From: Balanoglossus misakiensis
Taxonomy: Eukaryota > Animalia > Hemichordata
DNA: 64,000 nucleotides
Direction: 5' to 3'
Assembly (NCBI GenBank): GCA_040954595.2
Contig: CM082587.2
Coordinates: 5,754,206 to 5,818,205 of the forward strand
The notes under the pieces are model-generated. The model made no database searches. It was given only the letters and a program-made list of their open reading frames with translations, and was not told where the DNA came from. The position numbers and the translations under genes were made by a program. Shown piece by piece: positions 36,330 through 49,519 of this stretch (the first letter of the stretch is position 1; each line of letters starts with the position of its first letter).

Positions 36330-39300
36330 TAGTTTAACGCGACATGAAATTGGCAAAACGTCCACCCTTCAAAGCCTGTACACGCACGCTTGTTTACGAA
36401 AATATGGATATTTTTGTAAGACGCGCCAGTTGATATATATGTTTGTGCCTAAACGATAGCGTCAAAACTCATACGCAAACGCATGCGTTTCGCGTCACTT
36501 CACTTCGCTTCACCACACTTCATATTGCCGCGCGTGTGAATTGCTCAATACTGCGAAAGACTCTGTATTAAAATGCATCCATAATGCATGAGACAGAAGC
36601 CAACGACTGCGTGACTCAGTTCTGGTGGTGATACGCATCTTTTCAGGTCTCCCAACAACCTCCGTGTTTTAGGAGTCTGTAATCAAAGTATGGATCTCAG
36701 GGAGTGCAGGAGAAATTAAAATTCACGGGCTAATATATTACGGGATAGACGAAGCGTTATCGTCGTTGTATGCAAATGATGGACTTGGGGGAGCGCTTCT
36801 TACGCAGGCCAGGCGAGACAGCGTAGAATGTAGACTATCCCACTTGTCGCGTGGTGATTTTTTTGTCTTTATACAGATTCTTAACTGATTCCGTTGTTCA
36901 GTGTCTCGTAATTTTTGCCCAGTCCTTTTCGTTTGTTTGCTTGCTTTGAGCGAGTTTCTAGTACGGAGCTGGGTTTTGAATTCAGGAGGTGACGTCACGT
37001 CCGACCATTTCGTGACGCGCCGATTTTTGTCTTAGCGGTATCAGCTTACACGACGAAAAAAAAGTGGCGCTGCCGATAGCAACGATGGTATCATAGGAAA
37101 ATAATGAGTTCGTAAAGTGATATGCTGCTAAAGGAATTAGAATCTGATAAATGTTAATAAATATTTTTTTATGTAAAAAAATAATGACTGTTATACGTGG
37201 GTGGCAGTTAAAGATTACGCCGAACTAAAACCCTTCTATTGAACAGGGCGCCTGTGTCTATTTACTGACACAGATATAATTTGATAAACAAAAGCATTAC
37301 AATTTCTGCACAAGAGTGTGAGGTTCCCTGTATATTGTTGATTCTGCCGAGTTCATTATCTTAATTAGTTTTCTAAATATACCGTACATATGTTCGACGG
37401 TTGTTAATACAACCCAAGTGCACGTTTCGGGGACAATTTAAGCCCAAGAACGTAATTATTGCAGCGGTGGTTATGTTTGCTCGACGATGTCGCTGATTGT
37501 AATGCGTGTTTACTTGGCTGATTATATTTTTTTGCGAAAGCGCACAGATATTAAAACCACGGCGCGCTCGCTTTATTTTGACATCCATGTACACATGCGT
37601 GACATTTTCAAGTCGACTTAACCAGTGCGCATGCGTATATGTTTTTCTTTCCGGGAATATTTAGAGAGAGAAAGAAAATAGCAAATCTGAATGCTCATCG
37701 CCACCGTATTATCTAATGGTGCGTGTCGTGCTGGTGATGCAAAGTATTCTCTCCAGGGGCATTGTGTGGGAGGTCCACTCATGTCTTCCAGTTCGACACA
37801 TGTCAACCGTCCCGACAAGTTAACCGTTATTGCATGTGCGTCATAATTTTCATAAATCTGGCCAAGCCCATCCCCGGGGATATGTATAACGAAGCTATCA
37901 AATGGGCGCTTTCTGAGATTCTTGATCTAAAGCTGAAAAAATCGCCCCCCCCCCCTCCATTCCAAACACAGTACACGTATGTCGTCGCGTTCACAATTTG
38001 AACCGGAATTTGACTAAATTTCCACTCAATGCAAAACTACGGAAGGGGGTCGCAGAATGTTGAGATCTAAATTGGTTAAAGTGTCAAGGGAGTTAGGGGA
38101 AGAAAACAAAACTAAAACTTGAATAAGGACCACATCATTATGATATATAATTATTGTAGAACGTGAACAGGTGTTGGCGAGGCGGGTGAAATCTCACACG
38201 AGTCTATCGGCCGCTATAGGTCGCTTGTTAAATAACTGTTTGGAGAATTTTAATAATTCTACTCGTCCATTGATGTTTATTATTTCAGATTGGCTCCCAG
38301 ACTGTTATTATTCCAGAGGGATTATTCACTTAAGAAATTATTTAGAAACTCAACAAGCGTACCTGTAGATCCTATACAAAGCTACATTGGTGGATGCATG
38401 ATCGATGGTCCTGATTTACGGCATTAATATTACATGTACTTTCAAGATACAACTGCCATATTGGGTGCATAAATAGTTAAAACAAAGATAAGATAATAAG
38501 CGGAGGCGAATTTCTAGATTGTTATCTATCAGAATGGGACTATACATTGGCTTTCAAGTAATTATGCAACGTTCGTGAGCAGCAACTGCAAAAATATACT
38601 AATCGGAGCATTACACAGTAAAGCACAGCTCAGCATAACATAACATAAGATAACGCAACGCAGCGCAATGCAATGCTGACTTCACATTGAACGCCATTAT
38701 TCGTTGGCATTGGTGGTGGTGGTGGGGGGGGGGCATATTGTCGCTGTTGTTTTCTAGTTATGTAGGCCCTACTACATAGGACCGCGACGACCGGGTCATG
38801 AAAACACGCTGGCAAGCACCAAGCACGATAACAAGAGCGGAGAAACGTTTGACTGTAACAGCTGTGCATGCCCCGAGCATGCCGACGAGCTGTGGGCGTT
38901 GTTTTGCACATTGTGAATCTATAGAGAACCATCTCCAGTCAACCCTTCGCAGCGAACATTTTCATTCACAATATGTTAGAAACGATGAATCGAAAGTATG
39001 GAACACCCACACACACTTATTGGAGGATTTTCTCATTCAAGTTTTTTGCAAGAGTCATTCATGGAAAAATGTGATAGCCACGGACAGGAAATGAAACAAC
39101 CTTTTCCGGGAACACATATCCAAAGTCAGTAATTTGCTACAAAAATACAAACATGTTTTTTGGAGTATTTTCAGTGGGCAAAACCCCAAAATAAATTAGC
39201 GGGCGTTCAAACGTGATACATAGATCTAAGTGTGAACACTTCGACTCTATTACAATTCGTGCAGACATTTACTGTGTAATTGTCTATTATGGACACGATT

Positions 39301-39689
39301 GTGATGCAAATGCGACGGCAGAGTGCGCTGGGGGGTTTCATTAACACCTGAGAAAAACAGCATTCAATGGGCCAGAAGTAGGGCTGTGCTGTAACGACAG
39401 CAGTGGTACATACAACAAGGTAGTAAATGCCAGAAGGTGCGGTGTTCATTATCGCTATTGACTCGGCAAGCTTTCGTGGAAATCCCCGGGGACCGAAGCG
39501 AGAACCGCCGCACGTGCAAATGCGGGTTTGATGATTCCAAATAAATGTTGGCTCGTACGTCATCAGCTTTGTTGTACATGTACCATTAGCCATATGTGTG
39601 ACGGGACCTTTTGAAATAAACTCAAGGACGGCGTTATGGTACCAATATGTTATACTATTTCTTCTTGTGTGTGTGTACACGTGTGACTC

Positions 39690-39955
39690 TGTATGTATGT
39701 ATGTATGTATGTATGTATGTATGTATGTATGTATGTATGTATGTATGTATGTATGTATGTATGTATGTATGTATGTATGTATGTATGTATGTATGTATGT
39801 ATGTATGTATGTATGTATGTATGTATGTATGTATGTATGTATGTATGTATGTATGTATGTATGTATGTATGTATGTATGTATGTATGTAGGTATGTATGT
39901 ATGTATGTATGTATGTATGTATGTATGTATGTATGTATGTATGTATGTATGTATG
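39690..39955. repeat. (TATG)n tetranucleotide microsatellite
   Basis: Direct reading; single interruption near 39890. Confidence 0.98.
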
Positions 39956-42900
39956 CAATATGTCGGTAGATTTGGGTCAGAGACTGAAACTAAAGAAACG
40001 AGGACACGCTGAACGTGTCGGGCAACAATGCGCAGTGCGTCTTTTGAAAATCGACGCGCACATTTTCAGAACTGCAACGACACTCCACATGTTCCTATAT
40101 GCCACTGAAGAAACCGCTGATTATGCCAAGGCCACGTTGGAAGCGACGCTTCAATTCGTTTTCTCTGAACAGGAGGATTGCGAGGAAGAATGAACAACTG
40201 GCAACGGATACCTTGAACCACTTGGGCCAAAGGATGCGATTCACGGAAATTGCAAGAACGACCCTTGTAGGCGCAATCAGGGCGACATGCAAGAAGAAAC
40301 CCTGGAGAGAAGCGAATTGTTCGCAAGCACGTTTTGGATCCGTGCACCAGGAAGCGTCATTATCCTATTGTGACAGGCCGAAAGTACGCATCACGGCGAG
40401 CTTAAATCATAAAAAGTTGATTTCTGTACCAGGAAACAGAATTAAAAGTATCTATTAAATGTTCATGAAAGAATAACGCCGAGGGGTAGCAATGATGACG
40501 TTATCCGTACGAACAAATATTGTATGATCATTGTCGGTTTTATGAATATTATAGCATCAGATTCTTTAATATTTCAGCATCCGTATCTATCTATGGCGGC
40601 GTTCCCTGTATTAAACCATAGTGCTTTATGTTGAACTTTCTATTCGGTGATCTCTGCCATTCAGGTGCGTTTTCGCTTTGGGAGAGTCTTGCACAGGAAA
40701 TTGTGAACATGTGATGAATCTTTCCAAATGGACACGATTGTTAAGTTTGTTGAACTCACTGTGTGGGGTTTGATGACCGCCATTTTCCATGGGCAGACTG
40801 TGTGAAATTGAAGAATGTAAATAGGTGGTGATCCATGCATAACAATTCGCACTTGATGTATTACAATGAGCAGGTACAGCGTGCTGCCAAAGCTCATTCG
40901 AAGACTTAGACACGCGCTTTTAACCATATATGGGCATATGTAAATAAAGGGTGATTGTCCGAGCTCAGCCGACACCCATGTTGGTGCCTTTCATTCGAAA
41001 ACCAGTGGGTTATACCGTAATTCCGTACACGCAGCCGCAGACGGGACCGCACCCACCCTTTAAAATTTGTGTCACGCGTGCACATTCTTAACGGCAACAG
41101 GAGTTTACAATATGGAAGTGACACTTTAATACAATAATAGCCACAGTGCGGTAAATCTGGACCATCACCGGATAACGTCTCGCCCCATTAGTTTTTTAAT
41201 CGGTGTTTCTTGCATAAGGTATCCTTTGATTTGCATAATCAATGAATAACATAATTCCAATTTACGACTTCGCCAAAATTGATACATCTCGGGAGAATTT
41301 TATTGGTCGTTACTGGGATTATACAAATAGTGCACGTGGGCAATGGTTGCGGTTAGATTTTCAGATGGCGTAAAGCAATATGACTTGGCAGTAACAGGCC
41401 AATACTCTGCAACAGATGCGCTTTAATGGGAGCTTGTGTAGATTAGCCATATGAACAAATACAACCATTTCGACGGTTGGTGACGTCATTGCGAGGTTAA
41501 CCGTGGGAATCACATGACGCATTTGAAATCTATATATTTAAATGTCAACCTGTCAGAAAACGCCGGGAAAATGCCGCTATGGATGTCAAATCAGCCGGTT
41601 ACGATTACAGTCAGTTACCTCGAGACTTGCCGTGGCAATTGCAATGCGGTATCTAGAACAAGCCTTGACAGCAAAGGATGATGAAATCTTGTAGTCTTGG
41701 GTAACATTAAAGCCCCTAGAAGCTGCCAAATTTCACACATTTTTTCCACAATAAAATGCTTCAAATATTTCCCAATACTCCAAAGTTTCTGCTGTAAATT
41801 AAATATCCTCACAATCTTTCTTTCATTCTTGCTTCCAAACACTTCACTTTTAATCGCATCACTCACTTGTTGATGAGACAGCTACGTGTTCCCTACATTA
41901 ATCCGCCAAAGAGGCTATTGTTTAAAAGTTGAAAGTAGTTCCGGCTGGTGACGTCAGAAGTATGGTACGTGTAAGGATGACCTTTGCACCGCATTACCAT
42001 ACATGTACATGTGTAGTTGGATGCCATACTCTAGTAATAAGAGGATGTATGCATGTGATGATTGAAATTGTGTGCATAGTCAAAAGAATATGCTTTCCTT
42101 TTACTTCAAACTCTCCAATATGCACAAGACAAGACTTACCACAATCACAAGGGACAAGCAGTTCGTTGTAGTGCTCAAGGGCCAACGCATGCGCACCTAT
42201 GAAGACCCGTTCACACAGTGACACTGATTTCGATCTGTCACCTCAATCCCTGCATGGAGCACAGCACTTTTTACGTTTATAATCTTGGGCGATGCTGCTG
42301 TGTGCACGTCGTGCATAAATCTTGTTTATGGATAATCGAGGGTTATGGAGCTGTTAACACGGAGGGTGGAACCTCTAACTATACAGCTCCTTCTCGTGGC
42401 ATTTAGAGTCAACGAGGCTCGTCAAAGACACAATGTTCGTGCAAGATTGATCGCGAATCTGAGGTCTTAACTCTAATCCTGTAAAATGTATGCTTCTACG
42501 TCCAGTTACCCTTTGCAGGATATGATATAATGACGTCAGCTAAATGCCAGATTATCGGTTCCAAAGCCTTTAATTGCCATCCCCGTAAATTATTAGGAGC
42601 CACGGGACGCCGGTATTACTGCCGTCCACGTTTCCGCAACACGCATGTGAACGTCTTTAATTTAGGGACAATTTCTCATCACGACGACGACAGCGGGAGG
42701 CTCTGCGGGAATACATGTTTCATATAGGAACTATTGAGAAAACCCGATCTATAAGGTGTCCACATAAATCAATGACGTATAATTAATTAGGGAGAGTGAA
42801 TAACCTCGAAAAGTGAAATAGTGTCTCGGGGAGTAAATAGGGCAACAATGACGTTATAGATTGGAATTTAAACACTCTATGAAGTTTGCTCATTCACTTA

Positions 42901-44464
42901 TGCCTGGCTATCGCGTTACATTGTTCCCCCAAAATCATAATCTAGAAACGGTCGGCAGGCAAATTTCACAGAATCATGCCCAGCCTAACACACACATGGA
43001 AAAAGCAATGACCCGACGCGCAAATTATGATTGAAACTTTAATATACCCTCGCTTACACTGTAAATGCGCAAAGGTCCTGATTTATGAGACATGACGCAG
43101 GGATCACCGTGCCCCATGCGAGAAAAAACTTGCAAATTGGTTTCTGTGATATAAACCTATTAAAGCTCGCAACCGTATCCATTATGTGGCAAATATAACC
43201 GTCTCCATAATCGGATGCGGGTTTGAAAGAGGCTGCGCAAGATTTGATTTGTACGGGTTCCTTTGACCTATAGACCAGACTCGAAATTTTAAATGATGAC
43301 TTGGTTTTGGAACCGGACTTGACAGTTGATTGATGGTGGTGATATGAAAATGCCGAGTTAATGGCATTACGACTCTTGCCTCAATGAAGCCCGCATTGTT
43401 TGGGCGAGTAATTGATGAAATCAGTGACGTCATTTTACTCAGTTCACTTTGGAGTTCTGGCTTGGCTTACTAATATGATATTGATGGGAGAATGCATGGG
43501 ATGTGAAACAGTGTCCGCTATATATACTTATGTATGTCGAGTTCAAGAAACTTTTCCTAAGTGTGTTGTCGTGAGTGTGTTTTCCTAATCAGTTAAGACG
43601 CAACGCAAGTTTTCTTACGTAAGGCTACAATTATCGCTTATCGAGTGACTCAAGCGTTTCTAAAATCCCTTTTGACATTTATTAAAAATTCAACACATAA
43701 ATTTCTTACGTGGAAACGCTTGTTTCTTGAACACCCAGCCCCCATAATATCATTGCTTTTTTCATTTATTGATTTATTTATTTATTCGTTTATTTATTTA
43801 TATTGCAATGCGATGGTTACCTACTTTTTCCTCTGATTAATCTTGGTAGAGCCAACTGTTCAGTGTGCATACTTTTCTTCTCGTGTTACCCTCGATACGT
43901 CATCTTTCAGACATCGCCATGTTCAACCAATGCAACATGGCTCCGGATAGGGCTTCGTCCGTGACAAAAGTGTGACGAGGCCGTTTTCTATTAACCCTAA
44001 ATCGTGGTGTAAAACCTTATGATGGCGACTGCATGCACACAATGAAAATAATACATCCTAAAGTGTGGATGTATATGCGACCACGCGGCAGGAGGCTGTT
44101 TGCCCTCCTTTACCGTCGAGCAAAAAGGGTTCACCTGCCCTCTGGCGCATATATCTTATCTGCAACAGGGCTCTATTTTATAGATTATAACCTGAAACTT
44201 TTTCAACGTGGCGTCCTTTCTGAATGTATAAGTGAATTGGAGCAGTGCACGCCTAAGGACGGATGCGCCGTATGGACACGACGAATCTGCATAGCAGCGC
44301 ACTGAACTGGCAGAGATCACGCTGGATTCATCAAGTCCATCTAGAAGCAGCTAAAGCGAACGGTCGCCCACTACAATTATTTCTGAACTAGACTCTTTAT
44401 TTTGTACAGCCCAGACTCAAGATATAAATGAGACGTAAAAACAAAGTTACTAGTACATACATAC

Positions 44465-45251
44465 TGTGATGAAGTTTCTTATTTGTTTTGTTTCGTGGCC
44501 AGGTGCACCTATGTTAATTTTTTTATTTAACATATTAACGTGACCAGGTGTTAGTTTTGGTCGTATAAAAGCCAGTGGCACCCAGTGCCACGTTGTCGTG
44601 TGGCTCATTTTGATTCTGGTCTGGTAGCTGTGCCGTCGCCTTGGAGGAGTTTTGGGAGCCCACCGTACGGAGTGCCTGTCTACTGTGGTAGCTGAGGATT
44701 GACACTGCCGAAGGGACTTGTGAAGTCGTGGTGGATGTTTTCGAGGACGCCGCGTGGGATTTGGGAGCCGTCCTGAGGGAGCGCGTCTCCGTGTCACTGT
44801 GGAACTGCATTGGAGGTAATACGTGGCTGTCTGTGGACTACACGATGGATATGCAGTTTGAGGTAATACGTGGCTGTCTCTTTTGTACCCCGGCGTAAAA
44901 CGGACAGAAAGGCCAGAATTGCTGTGCGTCGAGTGAAACGCCAGCGTCGAGACGCCGAACTGTTTGTGAGACTTTGAACTTGGTAGGGATTGTGTTTGGT
45001 CACCTGGTCATGCTCGAGTTTAGTTTGTACTTGATTGTAAATATTAGTTAACATATTTGTGAAATCTACTCGTATCTGTAATTAAATTAACACTGTAAAT
45101 AGACTGGTTTGTTGTAAGTGTGCTGTCTTTGACCATTTCTTTTGCTGCGGCCTGTTGGTCGGTTCGGGTGTAAAACAAGCCACCCGGTCAGGTAAATTGA
45201 CCTCTCTATTCTCCGCATATTTTTGGCTCGAACGGCCTGCGGGTCGTAACA
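44465..45251 (+). mobile_element. Solo LTR (probably Gypsy-type), 787 bp
   Basis: TGTGATG ... CGTAACA termini flanked by ATAC on both sides. Internal TATAAAA at ~44564 and ATTAAA at ~45081. No gag/pol nearby. Confidence 0.78.
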
Positions 45252-47129
45252 ATACATACACTTAACCAAAGAAATAAAACTATGAAATAAACAATATACA
45301 CGTCAAATGTGGCCTTTACACCTCAATTTCCATCAAAGTTTATACACAATTATTATTCGCTAGATACCCATTTATGCTTTGTCTTTCTAAACCGCGAATG
45401 ATATAAAATACTAATATCCGACAAAGAATCCCCGAGGTGCATTATCCTGCGTCGTAAGAACGTGCGCAATATAACCGGAAAGCAAATCATCACGGCAGAT
45501 AACATGTTGTCAAGGAGACACAGCGATTGTCATAATCAGTGAATGAAATCACGTCATTGGTTTGCCTACATAGAAGTGCAGCGTATTTGTTGTATTTGTG
45601 TATGTTCCTTAGTTTTGTTTCTTTAAAAACTTGATTTCAATTTCAGAAACAATTTTGTTACATTAGCTGTCTCCGTCACTCTGTAATTGTTAACGCAATG
45701 ATAGTAAAAAAACAGAATACAAGTTCCTATACCCAGACATGGGCCATTCTAATGGCATGTCATTCCACGAGTCTACGCAACCAGTAAATATGACTAAATA
45801 TCGCCTCAAGCTTTAATATTTGATTCATTGGAGGTCGCATAGCTTGCATAAAGGGCATTTAAGGTTAGACTTCGGTAAATATCCCTCCAATTGACAGTTA
45901 TTACATCACGCCCATGCAGTTCACAGAGTGGTGCATACATGAATCGTGGAAGTCAGTAGTTTTGCCCCGCAGGTTATAATCGTGCGCGGTTTTACTATAG
46001 CAAACTATCTGGGATTTCGCCCAATTATTCTGAATTGCCCCAGAAATATGTTTTATAGAAGACATTTTACGCAAGCAAATAGGACAGGCATTATAGTTGA
46101 CACGTGTCAAAGCATTGTACCAAGAATAGCCGATTCCTTTTAATCCGTCTTAGTAATTTAGGAAATGTTGGTAATCCAAAATACTTTTAGAAATGATAGC
46201 TGAACTTGCACGGATGCCACATCTTAGTTCTGAATAGACGGGCTCGATGAAATTGGCGGGAAAATGCCGCCAATTTGTCGCAGTTAACACCAATGAATGA
46301 TTTAGGTCTTTTCTTGACACCCACGAATCCAGAAAGATCAAATTTATAGTGACGTATTATGACTATACCCATAAGATTATAGATTCCCAGTTGAAATAAA
46401 ATCTCCAAACTGGCTCAGTTAAACTAGTGCAGGCAGAAATATATCGAAATCATACGTGATTATCATGACTTAATTGGGCATGTATTATGATATCGCAAAT
46501 AAATCGGTTAATTTGTATCTGCTGTGGCGACTTAATCGGGCGCAAGTCTTCTTCTTTTCGCTGCAGTTATGGTTTTTCTTCTTTTCTTTAGGTTTGGTTC
46601 AGTTCGCATTATTGTGTTTTTTAATAGTCAGGCTTCTGTTGGCTTACTTTGAGCGTATGGCTTGAGAAGGTCTCGGGCTCATAAACCTAGTTAAATCGTA
46701 AGAGTGGGGAAGTTGTCACGTTCTTGCTGCAAAGGGAATTGTACCATGTGACATTTCTTAGCCGTTTTCTTCTACTTTTGTGGCTTCACTTCGTACGTGC
46801 GACTGTAACGTTTCCCCGATCTCACTTAATGCATCTTGATACGTATGTAAGTTTTTTTTGCGTTGTAGGGGCATTCCTTATCTGATGATATTCCTAAAAG
46901 TCTCTTATTTATAGATTCAGGATGGAACTGAGTGATAAGATATTTCTTGTGCGCAACAAAGCAATGTTTCCTGGCTTCGCGTATTGGCTGTACTTGCAGC
47001 CATTGATGTCGAACGTGACAACTTAACCTGGAAATTCACAATGGTTAGGCTTACTGTAATCTTTCAGTCGTTGCCTCGGAAGAATGTGCAGATACACATT
47101 TAGCTTCATCTTCTTCCTGGTAGTTCGTG

Positions 47130-47460
47130 CCGTGGGGACACATTTTCAGAAAAAAATGAAAGTCCTGCAAACCTTCCTATTTAAATGGGTGTAGTAGGTC
47201 TTTTTGAAAGCGAAAAAATTGGGTTTCACCGTCTTGTCTTCATGAAAAATTGCCACTTTAATTTTCCCCATAGACAGAGACTGGCGGCCATTTTGAATTT
47301 CAAATTTGAAAAAAACGAGACGATTTCGCCCCCTCGTTCAAATCTGACAAGGCCCTCAATTTTTATTCTCAATTTTAAGAGAGAATAATCTAAAGATGCC
47401 TTTAGCAAAATGTCTTTTAAAAGGATTAAGACTGATTTTCGAGGCGCATAGCATATTTAA
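47130..47460. repeat. Decayed MITE family ending gaggcgcata...ttaa; related pieces at ~57974-58080 and ~60066-60347
   Basis: Shared ccataga...tggcggccattttgaatttca and tcgaggcgcata motifs. Confidence 0.6.
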
Positions 47461-49364
47461 AACACGCCATCTCTGGGAGGCCCAATGTCTTTTTGCCACA
47501 CATAGTTCAGTATATAGGGAAAGAATGTAACACCTGACTAACTCAAACGTCATCTACTGTACAATAAACTGAAGAAATTACTCATGCACAGGGCGATATA
47601 TCATACATAATTTATAGAACCCAAATTTCAAAAGTTAATTGAAAACAACCCACACGCCGGGTTTTATGGAAGTCTTTTGAGAATTACCCAGTGTATATAT
47701 GTCAAAATGATCGCCGTTGTTTATTGACAACCCTCGCTTTTACCGCGGCAAAGGTTACACTTTCATATTGCAAAACCTTGATGTTACTAATTATTCTCAA
47801 AGGTCACCTTCGTATTGTAGTGTAATAACAATATTAGTAATCAAAACTTTGATCCGTTCCGCACAGTGTAGGTTGTAATGAAGAACCTGATACTAAACAC
47901 ACGTGCCAAGTCCCTGGACACGAGAGTACTCGGTTCTTCAGTAATAGTCAAATCAGCTCTGATACTATATTGTAGTTTGTTAGGAAATGTGCCAGGTTGT
48001 GCGATGTTTCATAGTTTTCGGGCAATTTCTTTCAATGTGCAGTTTACACTTAATTTCTGCAATCATCTGTCGCTAATCTTATTAAGTGTCCTTTCATACC
48101 AACTTATATAAGACATCTTCATTCTCGGAGGAGGCCTTTAGAAATCAGCATTGACGTAGATTTACAGAACCAATTTCATTATCGGCCTTGTCTCATTAGT
48201 CGTTGATATACTTGAACTGATCCTGCCCGATTAATTATTGGAGAAGGTTAATGCGGTTTTTTCCCATTCGCTGTAGTCTGGGGTATAGAATTCTTCCTGT
48301 AGAGATACCCAAGTGCTTTGGAAACACACGGAAATGGAGATTACACGACAATCTCTGAAGGGTAGTGCCGACGGAATGGGATTATCGTATTTGGACTATC
48401 GGTTTCGCCGCCTCCTCGATGACGCAAGCTTAATCGCGCAGATTTGTAAACGATATGGGTTGGTCATATCTGTTTAATAATGACAGGCATCGGGCTCTGA
48501 TAATCTATGTAGACTGCGGGAAGGTCTTTTCTTAGCCGCGGCGACCTACAAAAACATACGATTTAGGCAAAGCCAACTTCGTTACACTCTGGTAACTGGT
48601 TGGAAACTTAAGAAAAATGGTGGTGATAGGCCTAATTCTGTAAAAACAAAGAAGGAAATTGCGTCATTAATACGCGAGATCTCGCAAGGTCTCTTTGAGT
48701 TCGGAAATGGGTTTATTGACATCGAAAATGCTTGAAAAATGGGGTGTGCCTTAGTAGTCGTCTTCCCCGACTTCGCTTTCATTTTTGCAGGATGTGTGCT
48801 TTCGTTCCTGTGTTCGCTCGGCGTTTTGTAACACAGGCCACGCACTGCATTTACCTGTCGTCTTCGTTTAAGCGAAGCCACAAATTGCCTTCCCTTCGCG
48901 GTCGCCGCCCGCCACTCGCCGAGTAACCGAAACGGGTTATCACCGTCATTAGGACCTCGTTAATGCCTATTGGCTAATCAGCGAGCACACAAGTACGCTC
49001 GTGACCTTTGCGTGAAGTTTGCTAGTATCTGTGAACATTTGACTTTCTGACATAATCGTAAATTAAATTTGGAATCTCTTGATGCTCTCTGATGGTAACT
49101 CCGCCCGTCAATCACGCTTGTAAAAGCTTCACAAAATGCCCTCTTTGACAAGCAAACAGCCCCTTTTCAACGCATAAACGTACGATTGTTATTAAATTTT
49201 CATTCCAGATTTCCGAGTCGGACCTACGTCATTTCTAGAGCACACAGGAAAATCGAATTACTGATGCATGCAGTGATGTAGGTGACTTCGACTTGGCTAC
49301 GTGCCAACCCAGGCAGGACTCTGTGGGCGGTGGCGGCCCTTTTCAGCGAATAACTTCGCCCTTG

Positions 49365-49372
49365 TATATAAG
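49365..49372 (+). promoter_or_regulatory. TATA box (TATATAAG) of the putative plus-strand orphan gene
   Basis: GC boxes (49101, 49325) and reverse CCAAT (48969) upstream; a perfect donor follows at 49519/49520. Confidence 0.6.
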
Positions 49373-49394
49373 TACGGCAGTTGGAGCACGGGAA

Positions 49395-49519
49395 GCAGAC
49401 GTAAAATACACAAGTTTGAGAGCGCACCGATATTGCCTATAGGTGGACATTAGGCCCTAAAAACAACAACAGCAAACCGCGTTTGGCGAGAAGAGATCTG
49501 ACCTCCCAATTTGACGAAG
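49395..49519 (+). other. Putative non-coding first exon
   Basis: Starts ~30 nt after the TATA box (start approximate), contains no ATG, ends AAG|GTAAGT. Confidence 0.55.

Noticed and set aside
39598-40012. ORFs with (MYVC)n / (HTYI)n
   Set aside because: Translations of the (TATG)n microsatellite.
44450-45054. Ser/Thr/Arg-rich minus-strand ORFs
   Set aside because: Lie within the solo LTR, antisense to its promoter signals.
46636-46710. tRNA-Met-like fragment (ctcgggctcataaacctag)
   Set aside because: Only anticodon-arm resemblance; no T-loop GTTCRA or acceptor stem.
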